Assembly: GCA_964358115.1 (NCBI GenBank)
Contig: CAYHNY010000002.1
Coordinates: 1-30,860, forward strand
Direction of reading: 5' to 3'
Length of the DNA stretch: 30,860 bases
Source of the DNA: an uncultured Planctomycetales bacterium
GTDB lineage: Bacteria; Omnitrophota; Gorgyraeia; Gygaellales; Profunditerraquicolaceae
Positions 8,392 through 17,371 of the stretch are shown here, in pieces. How positions within the stretch are numbered: the first letter of the stretch is position 1; each line of letters starts with the position of its first letter. Under the pieces are notes generated by a model. The model ran no database searches and was not told the origin of the DNA. It was given only the letters and a program-made list of their open reading frames with translations. The translations under genes and the position numbers were made by a program.

Positions 8392-9207
8392 TTAAAGCTT
8401 CCTTTCTTGGAATAAACTGTAAGCCTGGTCCAGGGTAAGCCTGACCACATCATTCGGGTCAATATCGGTAAATTCCGCACCGGTATGGAATTCATTATCT
8501 TCCAATGAAAAAGCCCTTGACCAGACCACCCTGGCCTTAGCAAATACCGGGCGGCTGTCACAGGGTATAATTATTTTTAAATCTATGGTTTTATTTACTT
8601 CTAAGGGTTTATCCATAATCAGCCTTATCCCCGTAGCGCTAAAATCATATACCTTGACGTTCTGCCAGTTGCCCGGGCCAGACATATGCTGGACGGCTAT
8701 ATGGTCGGGGATACGCTGCGCCCTTCTTTTATCCTGATTAATATTTTTATCTGCCGATGCCGGAATAATTATTTCTTCTTCAACGGACTTACGCAGCAGG
8801 AGCCCCAAAATAAATAGGTTACACGATAAAGGCACCAGAAGTATCACTACCAGTATTACAAATAGCAAGGTCCCGGCCGCAATAATCAAGGTAAGCAGGA
8901 ACAAAAACAGGTTAAAAACAACCAGGTTAGTCAAAAGGCCCCTGATGCCGGAAATGTCTTTACGCGAAATAAAAAAAACTCCAAAGGTAAAAGAAGTAAG
9001 AAGCGAGAAAACTGCCAGCAAAGAAATGGAGGCCCCGGGCAGATGGGTAATCCTAAATTTTAAAAAGTAAGCGGTAAGGTAGAAAAGGATGAGAAAAAAG
9101 AAAATCAACAATAACGCGTTGATAAAAGCGCCGGCCTTCTTATTTTTTATACTTTTCAAGTATTCCGCCTTTGGGGGTTCCACGGACTTTAGCTCAGGGG
9201 GCTTCAT
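8392..9207 (-). CDS. Membrane protein (~4 TM) with C-terminal PilZ domain
   Basis: Start probably at 9207 (ATGA overlap with the cheW stop); the track start is 9225. Four hydrophobic segments, then PilZ motifs RRAQR and DFSATG, ending GAEFTDI. Confidence 0.85.
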   Translation of the reverse strand: MKPPELKSVEPPKAEYLKSIKNKKAGAFINALLLIFFFLILFYLTAYFLKFRITHLPGASISLLAVFSLLTSFTFGVFFISRKDISGIRGLLTNLVVFNLFLFLLTLIIAAGTLLFVILVVILLVPLSCNLFILGLLLRKSVEEEIIIPASADKNINQDKRRAQRIPDHIAVQHMSGPGNWQNVKVYDFSATGIRLIMDKPLEVNKTIDLKIIIPCDSRPVFAKARVVWSRAFSLEDNEFHTGAEFTDIDPNDVVRLTLDQAYSLFQERKL

Positions 9208-9554
9208 CTTTGAAAATCTTCCCATTTTATCATTCGCAGGCTGCCGGGCAGCTGGTCTTGCCCGATAAATTCTATCTCGCCTTCCACCGATAAGGCTAAT
9301 TTCTCATCCAGCTTTTGCAGGATAATAATGCTTTTGCCGATTGTTTGTTTTTGGCCCTGGGGGTTAAAAAATTTACTTGCTGAGACGACCGGCAAAATAT
9401 CCGTTTCAAAGCTGATCACCCCCGATATGTAATCTTTTGCGAAGGGTAAATAAGTAACGGCGCAATCGCCGCCGATGATCTGATAGATATCCTCGGCCTT
9501 TATGCCATAAAGGGCATCGCCCACAGAGAAACCGACGATTTCTTTATTCAACAC
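9204..9554 (-). CDS. cheW: CheW-like adaptor, short and divergent
   Basis: GTG start; FSVGDALYGI..EDIYQII and LPFAKDYISGVI...ILPVV match the CheW pattern; located in the MCP/CheA cluster. Confidence 0.8.
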   Translation of the reverse strand: MLNKEIVGFSVGDALYGIKAEDIYQIIGGDCAVTYLPFAKDYISGVISFETDILPVVSASKFFNPQGQKQTIGKSIIILQKLDEKLALSVEGEIEFIGQDQLPGSLRMIKWEDFQR

Positions 9555-9918
9555 TGCCCTTTCCTCCGGAAACCACCTTTTCCAATGCGTCCAAATTAAA
9601 AGGCTTGGTCATGTAAAAAGAGGCTCCGAGGTTAAGCGCCTCTTTTACGATAAATTCGTCTTTTATCGCCGTAAGCATGATAACCTTTACATCCTTATTG
9701 ATTTCTTTGGCTATCCTTAAAACCTCTATGCCGTTTAACCCCGGCATGAAAATATCTAAAATCAGGACATCGGGCTTTTCTTTGTTCAGTAAGTCCAGCG
9801 CTGCGCCGGCTTCGCAACAAGTAAAAACAACGTAGCCTTTATCCCGGAAATACTTTCTTAAGCTGTTACAGATATCCGGCTCATCATCCACCACTAAAAT
9901 CTTCTTTTGCACCAACAT
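9544..9918 (-). CDS. Single-domain response regulator (CheY-like)
   Basis: VVDDE, VLILDIFMP, MLTA, MTKPF: all canonical receiver residues present. Confidence 0.93.
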   Translation of the reverse strand: MLVQKKILVVDDEPDICNSLRKYFRDKGYVVFTCCEAGAALDLLNKEKPDVLILDIFMPGLNGIEVLRIAKEINKDVKVIMLTAIKDEFIVKEALNLGASFYMTKPFNLDALEKVVSGGKGSVE

Positions 9919-9919
9919 T

Positions 9920-11575
9920 TTATCCTCCTTGCGGCAAGTAAATAATAAAAGTCGTGCCTTTGCCTATCGTGCTGGACACGTCTATCCAACCACCCAGGGA
10001 CAGAATGATCTGGTTTGAAATAAATAGCCCTAAGCCTATGCCCTTCATCTTGGTGGTAAAAAAAGGCTCAAAGATGGCCCTTAAGTTTTCCTGATAGATG
10101 CCTTTTCCGCTATCGCTAAACCTTATGCCGATAAACTTATCTTTTACCTCCGCGCTGATCTCGAGGCTGCCTCCTCCAGGCATCGCCTGATGGGCATTGA
10201 CGATAAGGTTTAAAAAAACCTCTTCGATTTCCGAAATACTGGCTGTAACTTTGGGCATATTTTTAGGCAGGTTTTTAATCACCTGGATGCGGTCTAACTT
10301 AATGCTATGGCTAACCAGCTTTAAGGTCTCTTCTATCGCCGCATTCAAGTCTACGAGCTCATCCTTCTTCTTCCTGGGGCGGCAAAAATTCAACAGCCTC
10401 TCGATAATCTCCGATATGCGCTCAGACTGTTTAACGATAACGCGCGAAGATTCCTGGAGCTCCTGGCCCCGCTCTTTTTTCAAAATATACTGCGCTTCCG
10501 CGGAGATGACTGCCAGGGGGTTGCGCACTTCATGGGCCATCCCGGAAGCAAAATAACCCAGGGCCCCCATTTTCTCGGACTGGATCAGCTCGTTATACAA
10601 TTTATCCTTTTCAATGGCGCTGGCTAAATAATTAGCCAGGGTCATCACAAACTCCAGGTCCTCTTCATTAAAGCCCGTCTTAGGCTGGTTGCGGTTAAGG
10701 TTTAAAACCCCTTTTAACCTGTCTCCTGCTATAAGCGGCACGGAAATGCTGGAGCTGATATTGCTGCGGCTGGCTAAATGCGCGAATAAGGGATATTTAT
10801 CCAATCCTCCGGAAAGAAGCAGCGGTTTTTTATGCTGGGCGACCCATCCAGCGATGTTTTCCCCCATATCAACCACCGAATCCTGAGCGATTTTCTGGGC
10901 TATGCCGAACGAAGATACGATGCGTAACTTATTCTCTAAGAGGTCCAGGATCATTAAAGAACCTGAATCAATATCCATCAGCTTAAGGCAGACATTCATA
11001 ATCTGTTGGCAAAGCTCCTCCCGGCCGACCACCTTAAAAAGCTTGTTGCTGAGTTCAAAAAGCGAGCCCAGGCGCAGAGCCAGGATCCTGGATTTACGCA
11101 GCTCCTCATCCAACAAATCATTGACCAAAGACAAGATTTCTTCCTGCGAAGGGATAAGCCCGGATATATTCTTGGCTTCTTTGCCCTGTATCAATTCCTG
11201 GATGCGGCTTAAAAGGACCTTAAACCCCGGTTCATTGCTGAGTATATCTTTGTTTAAGTAATCCTCTGCCCCCGAATCCTTGCCCCAGAGCACATCCTCC
11301 TTTTCCATCTTTACCGTTAACATAATGATGGGAATATCGGAAGTAACCTTGTTACGCTTCAGAAAACGGCAGGCCTGGTAACCTTTCATCCTGGGCATAG
11401 TGATATCTAAAATAAGCAAATCCGGAGATTCCGCGTAGGTCTTTTCTATGGCCTCTATTCCGTCTGAGGCTAAGGTAACCTGAAAACCTTCTTTTTCCAG
11501 AAAACCCTTTAAGATTTCCCTGGCCGTAGGGCTATCATCGGCGACTAATATCTTCTTCTGCGCATGTTCGGGCAT
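9920..11575 (-). CDS. Cytoplasmic hybrid histidine kinase (REC-GAF-HisKA-HATPase)
   Basis: N-terminal receiver (VADDS, LILDITMP); GAF (GENIAGWVAQHKKPLL, SISVPL..GVLNL, FNEEDLEF); H-box MAHEVRNPL; NLIVNAHQAM; FEPFFTTK; GIGLGL. Confidence 0.93.
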   Translation of the reverse strand: MPEHAQKKILVADDSPTAREILKGFLEKEGFQVTLASDGIEAIEKTYAESPDLLILDITMPRMKGYQACRFLKRNKVTSDIPIIMLTVKMEKEDVLWGKDSGAEDYLNKDILSNEPGFKVLLSRIQELIQGKEAKNISGLIPSQEEILSLVNDLLDEELRKSRILALRLGSLFELSNKLFKVVGREELCQQIMNVCLKLMDIDSGSLMILDLLENKLRIVSSFGIAQKIAQDSVVDMGENIAGWVAQHKKPLLLSGGLDKYPLFAHLASRSNISSSISVPLIAGDRLKGVLNLNRNQPKTGFNEEDLEFVMTLANYLASAIEKDKLYNELIQSEKMGALGYFASGMAHEVRNPLAVISAEAQYILKKERGQELQESSRVIVKQSERISEIIERLLNFCRPRKKKDELVDLNAAIEETLKLVSHSIKLDRIQVIKNLPKNMPKVTASISEIEEVFLNLIVNAHQAMPGGGSLEISAEVKDKFIGIRFSDSGKGIYQENLRAIFEPFFTTKMKGIGLGLFISNQIILSLGGWIDVSSTIGKGTTFIIYLPQGG

Positions 11576-11577
11576 CC

Positions 11578-12135
11578 CTACTCCTTTTTAGGAAAATACC
11601 TCTTCATAAAATCTTCTAATGATTCCTGCTGGTTTTCAATAACATAGGCGCCGTCTTTCATCTGGGGCAAGTCTGCGACATCCGGATATTTGTTTTGCAC
11701 TTCGTTGAGCGTATCCTTTTGCTTTTGCACCATCTGCAACAGCACTTTGTTGTCCATAATCAGGCTATAGTAGGCCAAGGACTGCCGGATGGCAATCCTC
11801 AACTCTTCGTCGCTCCAGGGCTTGGAGATAAACCTGTACACGCCGCCTTCGTTAATCGCCTGAATTGCCACCTGCACATCGGCATAGCCGGTAAGAAGGA
11901 TGCGCACGGTGTCGGGATAAAGCTCTTTGACTTCTTTCAATAGGTCGAGCCCATTCATCTGCGGCATCCTCTGGTCGCTGATGATCAGAGATACTACGGT
12001 ATGCTCCATTATACCCTTTACCTCACGGGGATTATTCAAGGTGAGAATCGTATAGTTTTCGTTTCTCAGCAGGCGCTTAAAAGAACTCAGGATATTCTCT
12101 TCATCATCCACAAACAAAATAGTATGCTGGCGCAT
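11578..12135 (-). CDS. Response regulator with ~60 aa C-terminal coiled-coil extension
   Basis: FVDDE, IISDQRMP, LLTGY, ISKPW; tail DNKVLLQMVQKQKDTLNEVQNKYP...DGAYVIE. Confidence 0.9.
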   Translation of the reverse strand: MRQHTILFVDDEENILSSFKRLLRNENYTILTLNNPREVKGIMEHTVVSLIISDQRMPQMNGLDLLKEVKELYPDTVRILLTGYADVQVAIQAINEGGVYRFISKPWSDEELRIAIRQSLAYYSLIMDNKVLLQMVQKQKDTLNEVQNKYPDVADLPQMKDGAYVIENQQESLEDFMKRYFPKKE

Positions 12136-12161
12136 TTTTTAAAACCTCCGGTTTTTTATCT

Positions 12162-12494
12162 TTACGCCTTCTCGATTCTCTCTTTTATGCGTTCGGCAAT
12201 CCCGGCAAAAACAATGCCCATTCCCGCAGGGCGAATTTCATGCTCGCTTACCTTAATCGGCTCACCGGATGACCAAGCAACCATACCTTCAGTACATATT
12301 TTATCACTTAGATCAAGAAAATAAAATTCCAATTTTGTTTTTGCGCCGGGAGGATCAACTACCTCTGTTTGAATAAACATGCCTCCTGCGCTTATATTTT
12401 TACCGTTACGCAGAAGAAAGAATCTTTCGCTGGCATAATCTACGGGAAAATCTAAAACTATCCTTTTGTGCTTTCTTCTTTCTTGGATCTCCAT
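12162..12494 (-). CDS. Stand-alone PilZ domain protein (putative c-di-GMP receptor)
   Basis: RKHKR (RxxxR) and NISAGG ((D/N)xSxxG), GMFIQT, GMVAWS, GMGIVF. Confidence 0.88.
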   Translation of the reverse strand: MEIQERRKHKRIVLDFPVDYASERFFLLRNGKNISAGGMFIQTEVVDPPGAKTKLEFYFLDLSDKICTEGMVAWSSGEPIKVSEHEIRPAGMGIVFAGIAERIKERIEKA

Positions 12495-12495
12495 C

Positions 12496-15057
12496 TTAAG
12501 ACCTCCCCTTTATCGGTATGCTGATAATAAAAGTGCTGCCCTGGCCTAATTTGCTGAACACCCTTATTTCTCCCTCATGTTTTCTGATAATCTCGTGGGT
12601 TATCGACAGGCCCAAGCCTGTTCCTTTTCCCGGGTCTTTGGTAGTATAGAAAGGCTCAAATATCCGGCTTAAGACCTCATCGGACATGCCTGCTCCGGTA
12701 TCGGAAATTTCAATAATGACATTATCCTGTTTTTCGCTGGTCCTGATGGTAATGGTACCGTGTTGGGCAATGGCATCCACGGCATTGACGATGATGTTGG
12801 TAAAGGCCTGAGTTAAATCCTGAGGATAGCACGGTATCTGTGGGAGTGGCGCGAATTCCTTAACCACATCTGCCTTATATTTTATCTCATTCCAGAGCAT
12901 CCTTAATGTGGACTCTATGCAGGCGTTGATATCGGCATAGGTCTTATCTACCTTTTCGGCGTGAGAGAAAACTCTAAGATCCTGGATAATGCCCTTTATC
13001 TTGTTTATTCCTTCTTTTGTCTCAGATATTAGATTTGGCATGTCTTTGAGAAGAAATGAAAAATCCTCCTGCTCCTTTAGCCGGTCAAGCTCCTGGATCG
13101 CTGCCTCAACATCGCTAAGCCTGCCCTCCTTTAAAAGCAGGGCGTAGCGGTGATAGGCCTGCATTATTTGAAGTAAAGCTGATACGTATTTATCCAGCGT
13201 AGAAATGTTGCTCAAGACATAGCCCATGGGGTTATTTAATTCATGGGCGATACCGGCGACCAGCCGGCCCAGAGAAGCCATCTTTTCCGACTGAACCAAA
13301 TGCACCTCGGTTGCCTTAAGCTTTATATATGCGTCATTTAAGCTGTTCTGGGTAAACAGGCGTTCTTCTTCAATCCCGATTGCGGAAGCCACAACTCTGA
13401 TAAAATTTTTATCTTCTTCGCTGGGGATAAAATCTTTCTGATAGAGCACACACAACGAACCCACGTAATTACCGCAGCATCTAATCGCCTTACCGATATA
13501 AGTCATCAGCTGATAACGCGAGACATTCGAATCAGTCTGCGCATATGCAGTTTGAGGAAGATTGCGCACAATAAAAACTTCATCACTGCCTTTATTAATC
13601 ACTTCATAACAGATATGGCCCTGCGGCTTATCCAGGGGGTTATAATCCGGCGGGGTATGCCATTGCCCTAAAGAATAAAGAAATTCACCTTGCAAGCGGT
13701 TATACAAAGCGTAATCAGCTTGCATAATCTCGCCGCAGACCTCGGTCAAGCGCTTGATATTTTCCGACGGCTCAGAGCCGAAATGCAAAAAACAATCATT
13801 AAGCCGAACCAATCTTTCTTCAAGCCTTTTGCGTTCATCTATTTCTACAACCAGTTTGTCGCAGGAAACAGTGGTTTTCTGCAAATTATCGGCCATGGCT
13901 TCAAAGGCCCTGGCCAAATCTCCTATTTCATCTTTTGTCTTTACACCTGATACGTCTATGTTGAAATTGCTGAGAGAGACATCAGCAACTGCCTTTTGCA
14001 GCAGGCCTAAGGATTTCAGGGAAAGCAAAATAATCGTGCCGATAAAGATAGCGGCACCTGCAGAAATAAGCAGGTAATATAAAATAAAACCTTTTATTTT
14101 AACAATCGGCAGCAAGACTTCATTCTTGTCATTATTCAGCAAGATAATCCAGTTTAAGCCTTTAAAATTCCTGAAGCCGTCTGAATGGACATAGGCAATA
14201 AAAGCCGGCCGGGTGGCTTTACCGTAGCCGGGCTCCATAAAATATCCGCTTGCCCCTTGGATACGCGATAAATAAGGATAACTTTCAAAAAACTTGTGGC
14301 CCAGCCCGTAAATAAACCGGCCTTTATGGTCAAGGATATGAAAACGCGCACCCCTGTATTTTAGTTTTGCCTCTGTCTCGTTGATTATGCCGATGGCTTC
14401 ATCGATGTTCAGGGTTACCTTTACTGCGCCCAGAAAAACGCCGTTTTCATCATTGATACGTAAAGCAAAGTCCGTGGAGTAAATCCCCGAGCTTTCATCA
14501 AGCTCGACATCTCTAACATACAGGCCATTTTTCTTAGCTATCTGCCACCACTCTTCATCGGCTTGATTGTAATCTGTGGTCTTGCCGCTTTGGGCGATAT
14601 TAACGCCATACTTATTAGTAACGAATATCTCCCCGAGGACCTGGTACTTATATTTTTTTTCATAGAAATTAATTAACTCCCTAAGGTTGCCGGATAAAGG
14701 GCTGTCAATCAAATCCCGCATAAAACCGGTTATTTCAGTTTTGGGCGCGGAAACCCATTCCTTATCCATTTCAGCTATGTAGGATTCTTTCAGAGACATA
14801 CTATCAAATCTCTGGTTAGAGTCTTTAAGGGCTAAGATTAAATCCGGAGAGGTCTTGATAAAACTCTCAATGTATTCGATTTTATAATAAACATTGCGGT
14901 CAATATCATCCGAGGTTTTAGAAGCCAGGCCCAACAAATAAGCCCCTATGGATTTTTCCAGCTCATTTTGAGTGAAATAGATAGACAAAGTGCCTGCAGC
15001 AACCATCAGCAAAGAAACTATGGTAAACCCTAAGATTATCTTTGTCTTAATCTTCAT
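12496..15057 (-). CDS. Sensor histidine kinase (TM, Cache-like periplasmic domain, TM, HAMP, GAF, HisKA, HATPase)
   Basis: Cache-like (EIFVTNKYG, DYNQADEEWWQ, FLGAVKV); HAMP DEIGDLARAFEAM; GAF (YIGKAI..VGSLCVL); H-box IAHELNNPM; FEPFYTTKDPGKGTGLGL. Confidence 0.92.
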   Translation of the reverse strand: MKIKTKIILGFTIVSLLMVAAGTLSIYFTQNELEKSIGAYLLGLASKTSDDIDRNVYYKIEYIESFIKTSPDLILALKDSNQRFDSMSLKESYIAEMDKEWVSAPKTEITGFMRDLIDSPLSGNLRELINFYEKKYKYQVLGEIFVTNKYGVNIAQSGKTTDYNQADEEWWQIAKKNGLYVRDVELDESSGIYSTDFALRINDENGVFLGAVKVTLNIDEAIGIINETEAKLKYRGARFHILDHKGRFIYGLGHKFFESYPYLSRIQGASGYFMEPGYGKATRPAFIAYVHSDGFRNFKGLNWIILLNNDKNEVLLPIVKIKGFILYYLLISAGAAIFIGTIILLSLKSLGLLQKAVADVSLSNFNIDVSGVKTKDEIGDLARAFEAMADNLQKTTVSCDKLVVEIDERKRLEERLVRLNDCFLHFGSEPSENIKRLTEVCGEIMQADYALYNRLQGEFLYSLGQWHTPPDYNPLDKPQGHICYEVINKGSDEVFIVRNLPQTAYAQTDSNVSRYQLMTYIGKAIRCCGNYVGSLCVLYQKDFIPSEEDKNFIRVVASAIGIEEERLFTQNSLNDAYIKLKATEVHLVQSEKMASLGRLVAGIAHELNNPMGYVLSNISTLDKYVSALLQIMQAYHRYALLLKEGRLSDVEAAIQELDRLKEQEDFSFLLKDMPNLISETKEGINKIKGIIQDLRVFSHAEKVDKTYADINACIESTLRMLWNEIKYKADVVKEFAPLPQIPCYPQDLTQAFTNIIVNAVDAIAQHGTITIRTSEKQDNVIIEISDTGAGMSDEVLSRIFEPFYTTKDPGKGTGLGLSITHEIIRKHEGEIRVFSKLGQGSTFIISIPIKGRS

Positions 15058-15063
15058 TCTTGG

Positions 15064-15504
15064 TTAATCCTTGTTTTCCTTAAATGTTTTAAACCGGTAT
15101 TTAACCTGGGAAGGCAAAAGGCCTTTTTCAAAATTCGCCAATGTCTCGGCTACCTTGTCCTTTAGCTCCTGCGGGTCAAACGGCTTCATAATATAGTCAT
15201 CGGCTCCGGACTGGATCGCGGAAACTATATGCTCATCATCCACCATGGCCGTTACCATGATTACAGGTACGGTAGCGGTAAGCGGATTCTCCCTGAGCAT
15301 CTTACATATCTGGATGCCGTTAATCCCAGGCATCATAATGTCCATAAGTACAAGGTCGGGTTTTAGAGAGTTGATTTTCTCTATCGCCTCCTTGCTGTTA
15401 GTGACTATTTCGGACTGGTACACCCCTGTCAAAGATAGTATGCGCTCAATAGCAGCGCAGATATTTTTTTCGTCATCAATTATTAATATCTTCTTAGCCG
15501 GCAT
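15064..15504 (-). CDS. Single-domain response regulator with short C-terminal tail
   Basis: IIDDE, VLMDIMMP, MVTA, IMKPF: canonical receiver. Confidence 0.93.
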   Translation of the reverse strand: MPAKKILIIDDEKNICAAIERILSLTGVYQSEIVTNSKEAIEKINSLKPDLVLMDIMMPGINGIQICKMLRENPLTATVPVIMVTAMVDDEHIVSAIQSGADDYIMKPFDPQELKDKVAETLANFEKGLLPSQVKYRFKTFKENKD

Positions 15505-15505
15505 T

Positions 15506-17371
15506 TTATGCTTTTGCCTCCTCTGTGGGTATCCTTATAATAAAGGTTGTGCCTTGCCCCAGTTTGCTGGTTACGTTTATTTCTCCTGCGTGTTTCTTGA
15601 TAATCTCGCGGGCTATTGAAAGCCCTAATCCGGTACCCTTACCCGGATCCTTGGTAGTAAAAAAAGGCTCAAAAAGCCGCGATAAATTCTCCTGCGGGAT
15701 GCCCACGCCAGTATCCGCAATTTCAATAAAGATATTTTTGTCCCTTTCGTAAGTCTTTATGGCGATGGTGCCGTGCTCTCCTATCGCGTCCACGGCATTA
15801 AAAATAAGGTTCATAAAAACCTGGCTTAATTGCTGGGGGTAACAGAGAATGCTGGGAAGCGCAGAAAATTCCTTGACCACATCCACCTTGTATTTAACCT
15901 CATTCCAGAGCACCCTTAAGGTGGATTCGATGCAGGCGTTAATATCAGCCGGGGTCTTGTCTAACTTTTCGGAGCGGGAAAAAACCTTAAGGTCCTGGAT
16001 GATATTTTTCAGGCGCTGCACGCCCTCCCGGGTCTCCGACAAAAGATTGGGCACGTCTTTTAAAATAAATCCAAAGTCTAATTCTTCTTTCAGCTTATCC
16101 AGAGCCGCTTCTTGCGCTGCCGACTCTTCAGAGTTGCCTTCCCGCAACGCAGCACTCTGCTTATGATAGAGCTCCACAACTTTAGACATGGCTGAAATAT
16201 AATTATCAATGGTAGTGACATTGCTCAAAACATAGCTTAGGGGATTATTCAACTCATGCGCAATAGCTGCCGTCATCCGCCCCAGAGAAGCCAGCTTCTC
16301 TGACTGAACCAGTTTGACCTGGGCTTCTCTAAGCTCATCAAAGGATGTCTTTAATTTTAGCTGCGCCTCTTTGCGCTCGGAAATTTCCTGAATAAGCTGT
16401 GCTTTATCCAAAATAGACTTTGATATCAACCGCGATATCTCTCCAAATTCATCTTTTTTATTTTTGAGGCCCGCCAATAAAGAATCTTTTTGAGTAAACA
16501 GGGCTTTTGATATCAAGTCCAAAGGTATATAAAACCAGCTCATGACAATCATAAGCAATATAATCCCTATAATCAAATAAATAGCTATTGTTACGATCAA
16601 ATCTTCTTTATATGCGGTATTAAGCCAGGCAAGCCGAGCAGACTTGAATAAAACGTCAATCTTGCCAACTTGAGAATTATCCCAGCCATTTAAAGAATGG
16701 GATATCTTAATTGTGCCCGTATCCGGGCTAAACCTGCCTTGAGCCGAATCTGATTCTTTCTCTGCAAAATTTTTAGTTACTGTGCCTTCGATTAAATTTC
16801 CAAGTTCAGCGCAATAATCCTTGCTCCATAGCCGCCCGGCAAAAAAGTACCCCTGCGGGTCAGTCTTTCTTTCCGGATCGGCAGTAGCATGGATGGTGGC
16901 GGCGGCTATTTCCATGATACCCTGCCTGGTTTTAATAAAGAAGGTGCGAAAGCGCTCACGGACAAATAACTTAAGGATATCATCTCTGGATAGCGGTATC
17001 TCTTTAAGGCTGCCGTCATGAATATCGTTTACTGAATAAACCAGGGAATTATCCGTTTTGTAGATCCAAACGGCGTTTACTTTGAAAGTGGAGATTACAG
17101 TATCTATATTCTCCTGCGCCCATTTCTTATCCGGGTGCACATTGACAAAATTAACCATATCATCCCAGTATGTATAATCACGGGCTAGCGTTTCCAACGA
17201 TTCTCTTTTAAGGCTTAAGATTTTATTAAAGGCTATTCCCTTTCTCTTGACTTCATCCTTGAACAACGAAAGTAGGATGCGCCTTTCAGAAAACTTCTCT
17301 ATAACAAACCTTGTGGTAAAAATAGTTATGCCGATTAAAAATAAAACAATTAATTTTTTCCTAATATTCAC
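15506..17371 (-). CDS. CHASE4-domain sensor histidine kinase
   Basis: ARDYTYWDDMVNFV is the CHASE4 signature; two TMs; H-box IAHELNNPL; NAVDAI; FEPFFTTKDPGKGTGLGL. Confidence 0.92.
   Translation of the reverse strand: MNIRKKLIVLFLIGITIFTTRFVIEKFSERRILLSLFKDEVKRKGIAFNKILSLKRESLETLARDYTYWDDMVNFVNVHPDKKWAQENIDTVISTFKVNAVWIYKTDNSLVYSVNDIHDGSLKEIPLSRDDILKLFVRERFRTFFIKTRQGIMEIAAATIHATADPERKTDPQGYFFAGRLWSKDYCAELGNLIEGTVTKNFAEKESDSAQGRFSPDTGTIKISHSLNGWDNSQVGKIDVLFKSARLAWLNTAYKEDLIVTIAIYLIIGIILLMIVMSWFYIPLDLISKALFTQKDSLLAGLKNKKDEFGEISRLISKSILDKAQLIQEISERKEAQLKLKTSFDELREAQVKLVQSEKLASLGRMTAAIAHELNNPLSYVLSNVTTIDNYISAMSKVVELYHKQSAALREGNSEESAAQEAALDKLKEELDFGFILKDVPNLLSETREGVQRLKNIIQDLKVFSRSEKLDKTPADINACIESTLRVLWNEVKYKVDVVKEFSALPSILCYPQQLSQVFMNLIFNAVDAIGEHGTIAIKTYERDKNIFIEIADTGVGIPQENLSRLFEPFFTTKDPGKGTGLGLSIAREIIKKHAGEINVTSKLGQGTTFIIRIPTEEAKA

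Noticed and set aside
8391-8561. Track start of the MCP at 8561 (MTAARY...)
   Set aside because: It would overlap the PilZ gene by 170 nt. The ATG at 8390 gives a typical MRLTIAKK-TM start 1 nt after the upstream stop.
1658-12504. Identical 13-nt junction AGGTCTTAAGATG (minus strand) at 1658-1670 and 12492-12504
   Set aside because: Both are kinase ...RS-stop, 1 nt, ATG junctions. SD, stop and start constraints can explain the convergence, and it is too short to call a repeat or recombination site.
2696-15057. Two kinases of identical length (853 aa)
   Set aside because: Different domain architectures and no shared N-terminal sequence; coincidence.
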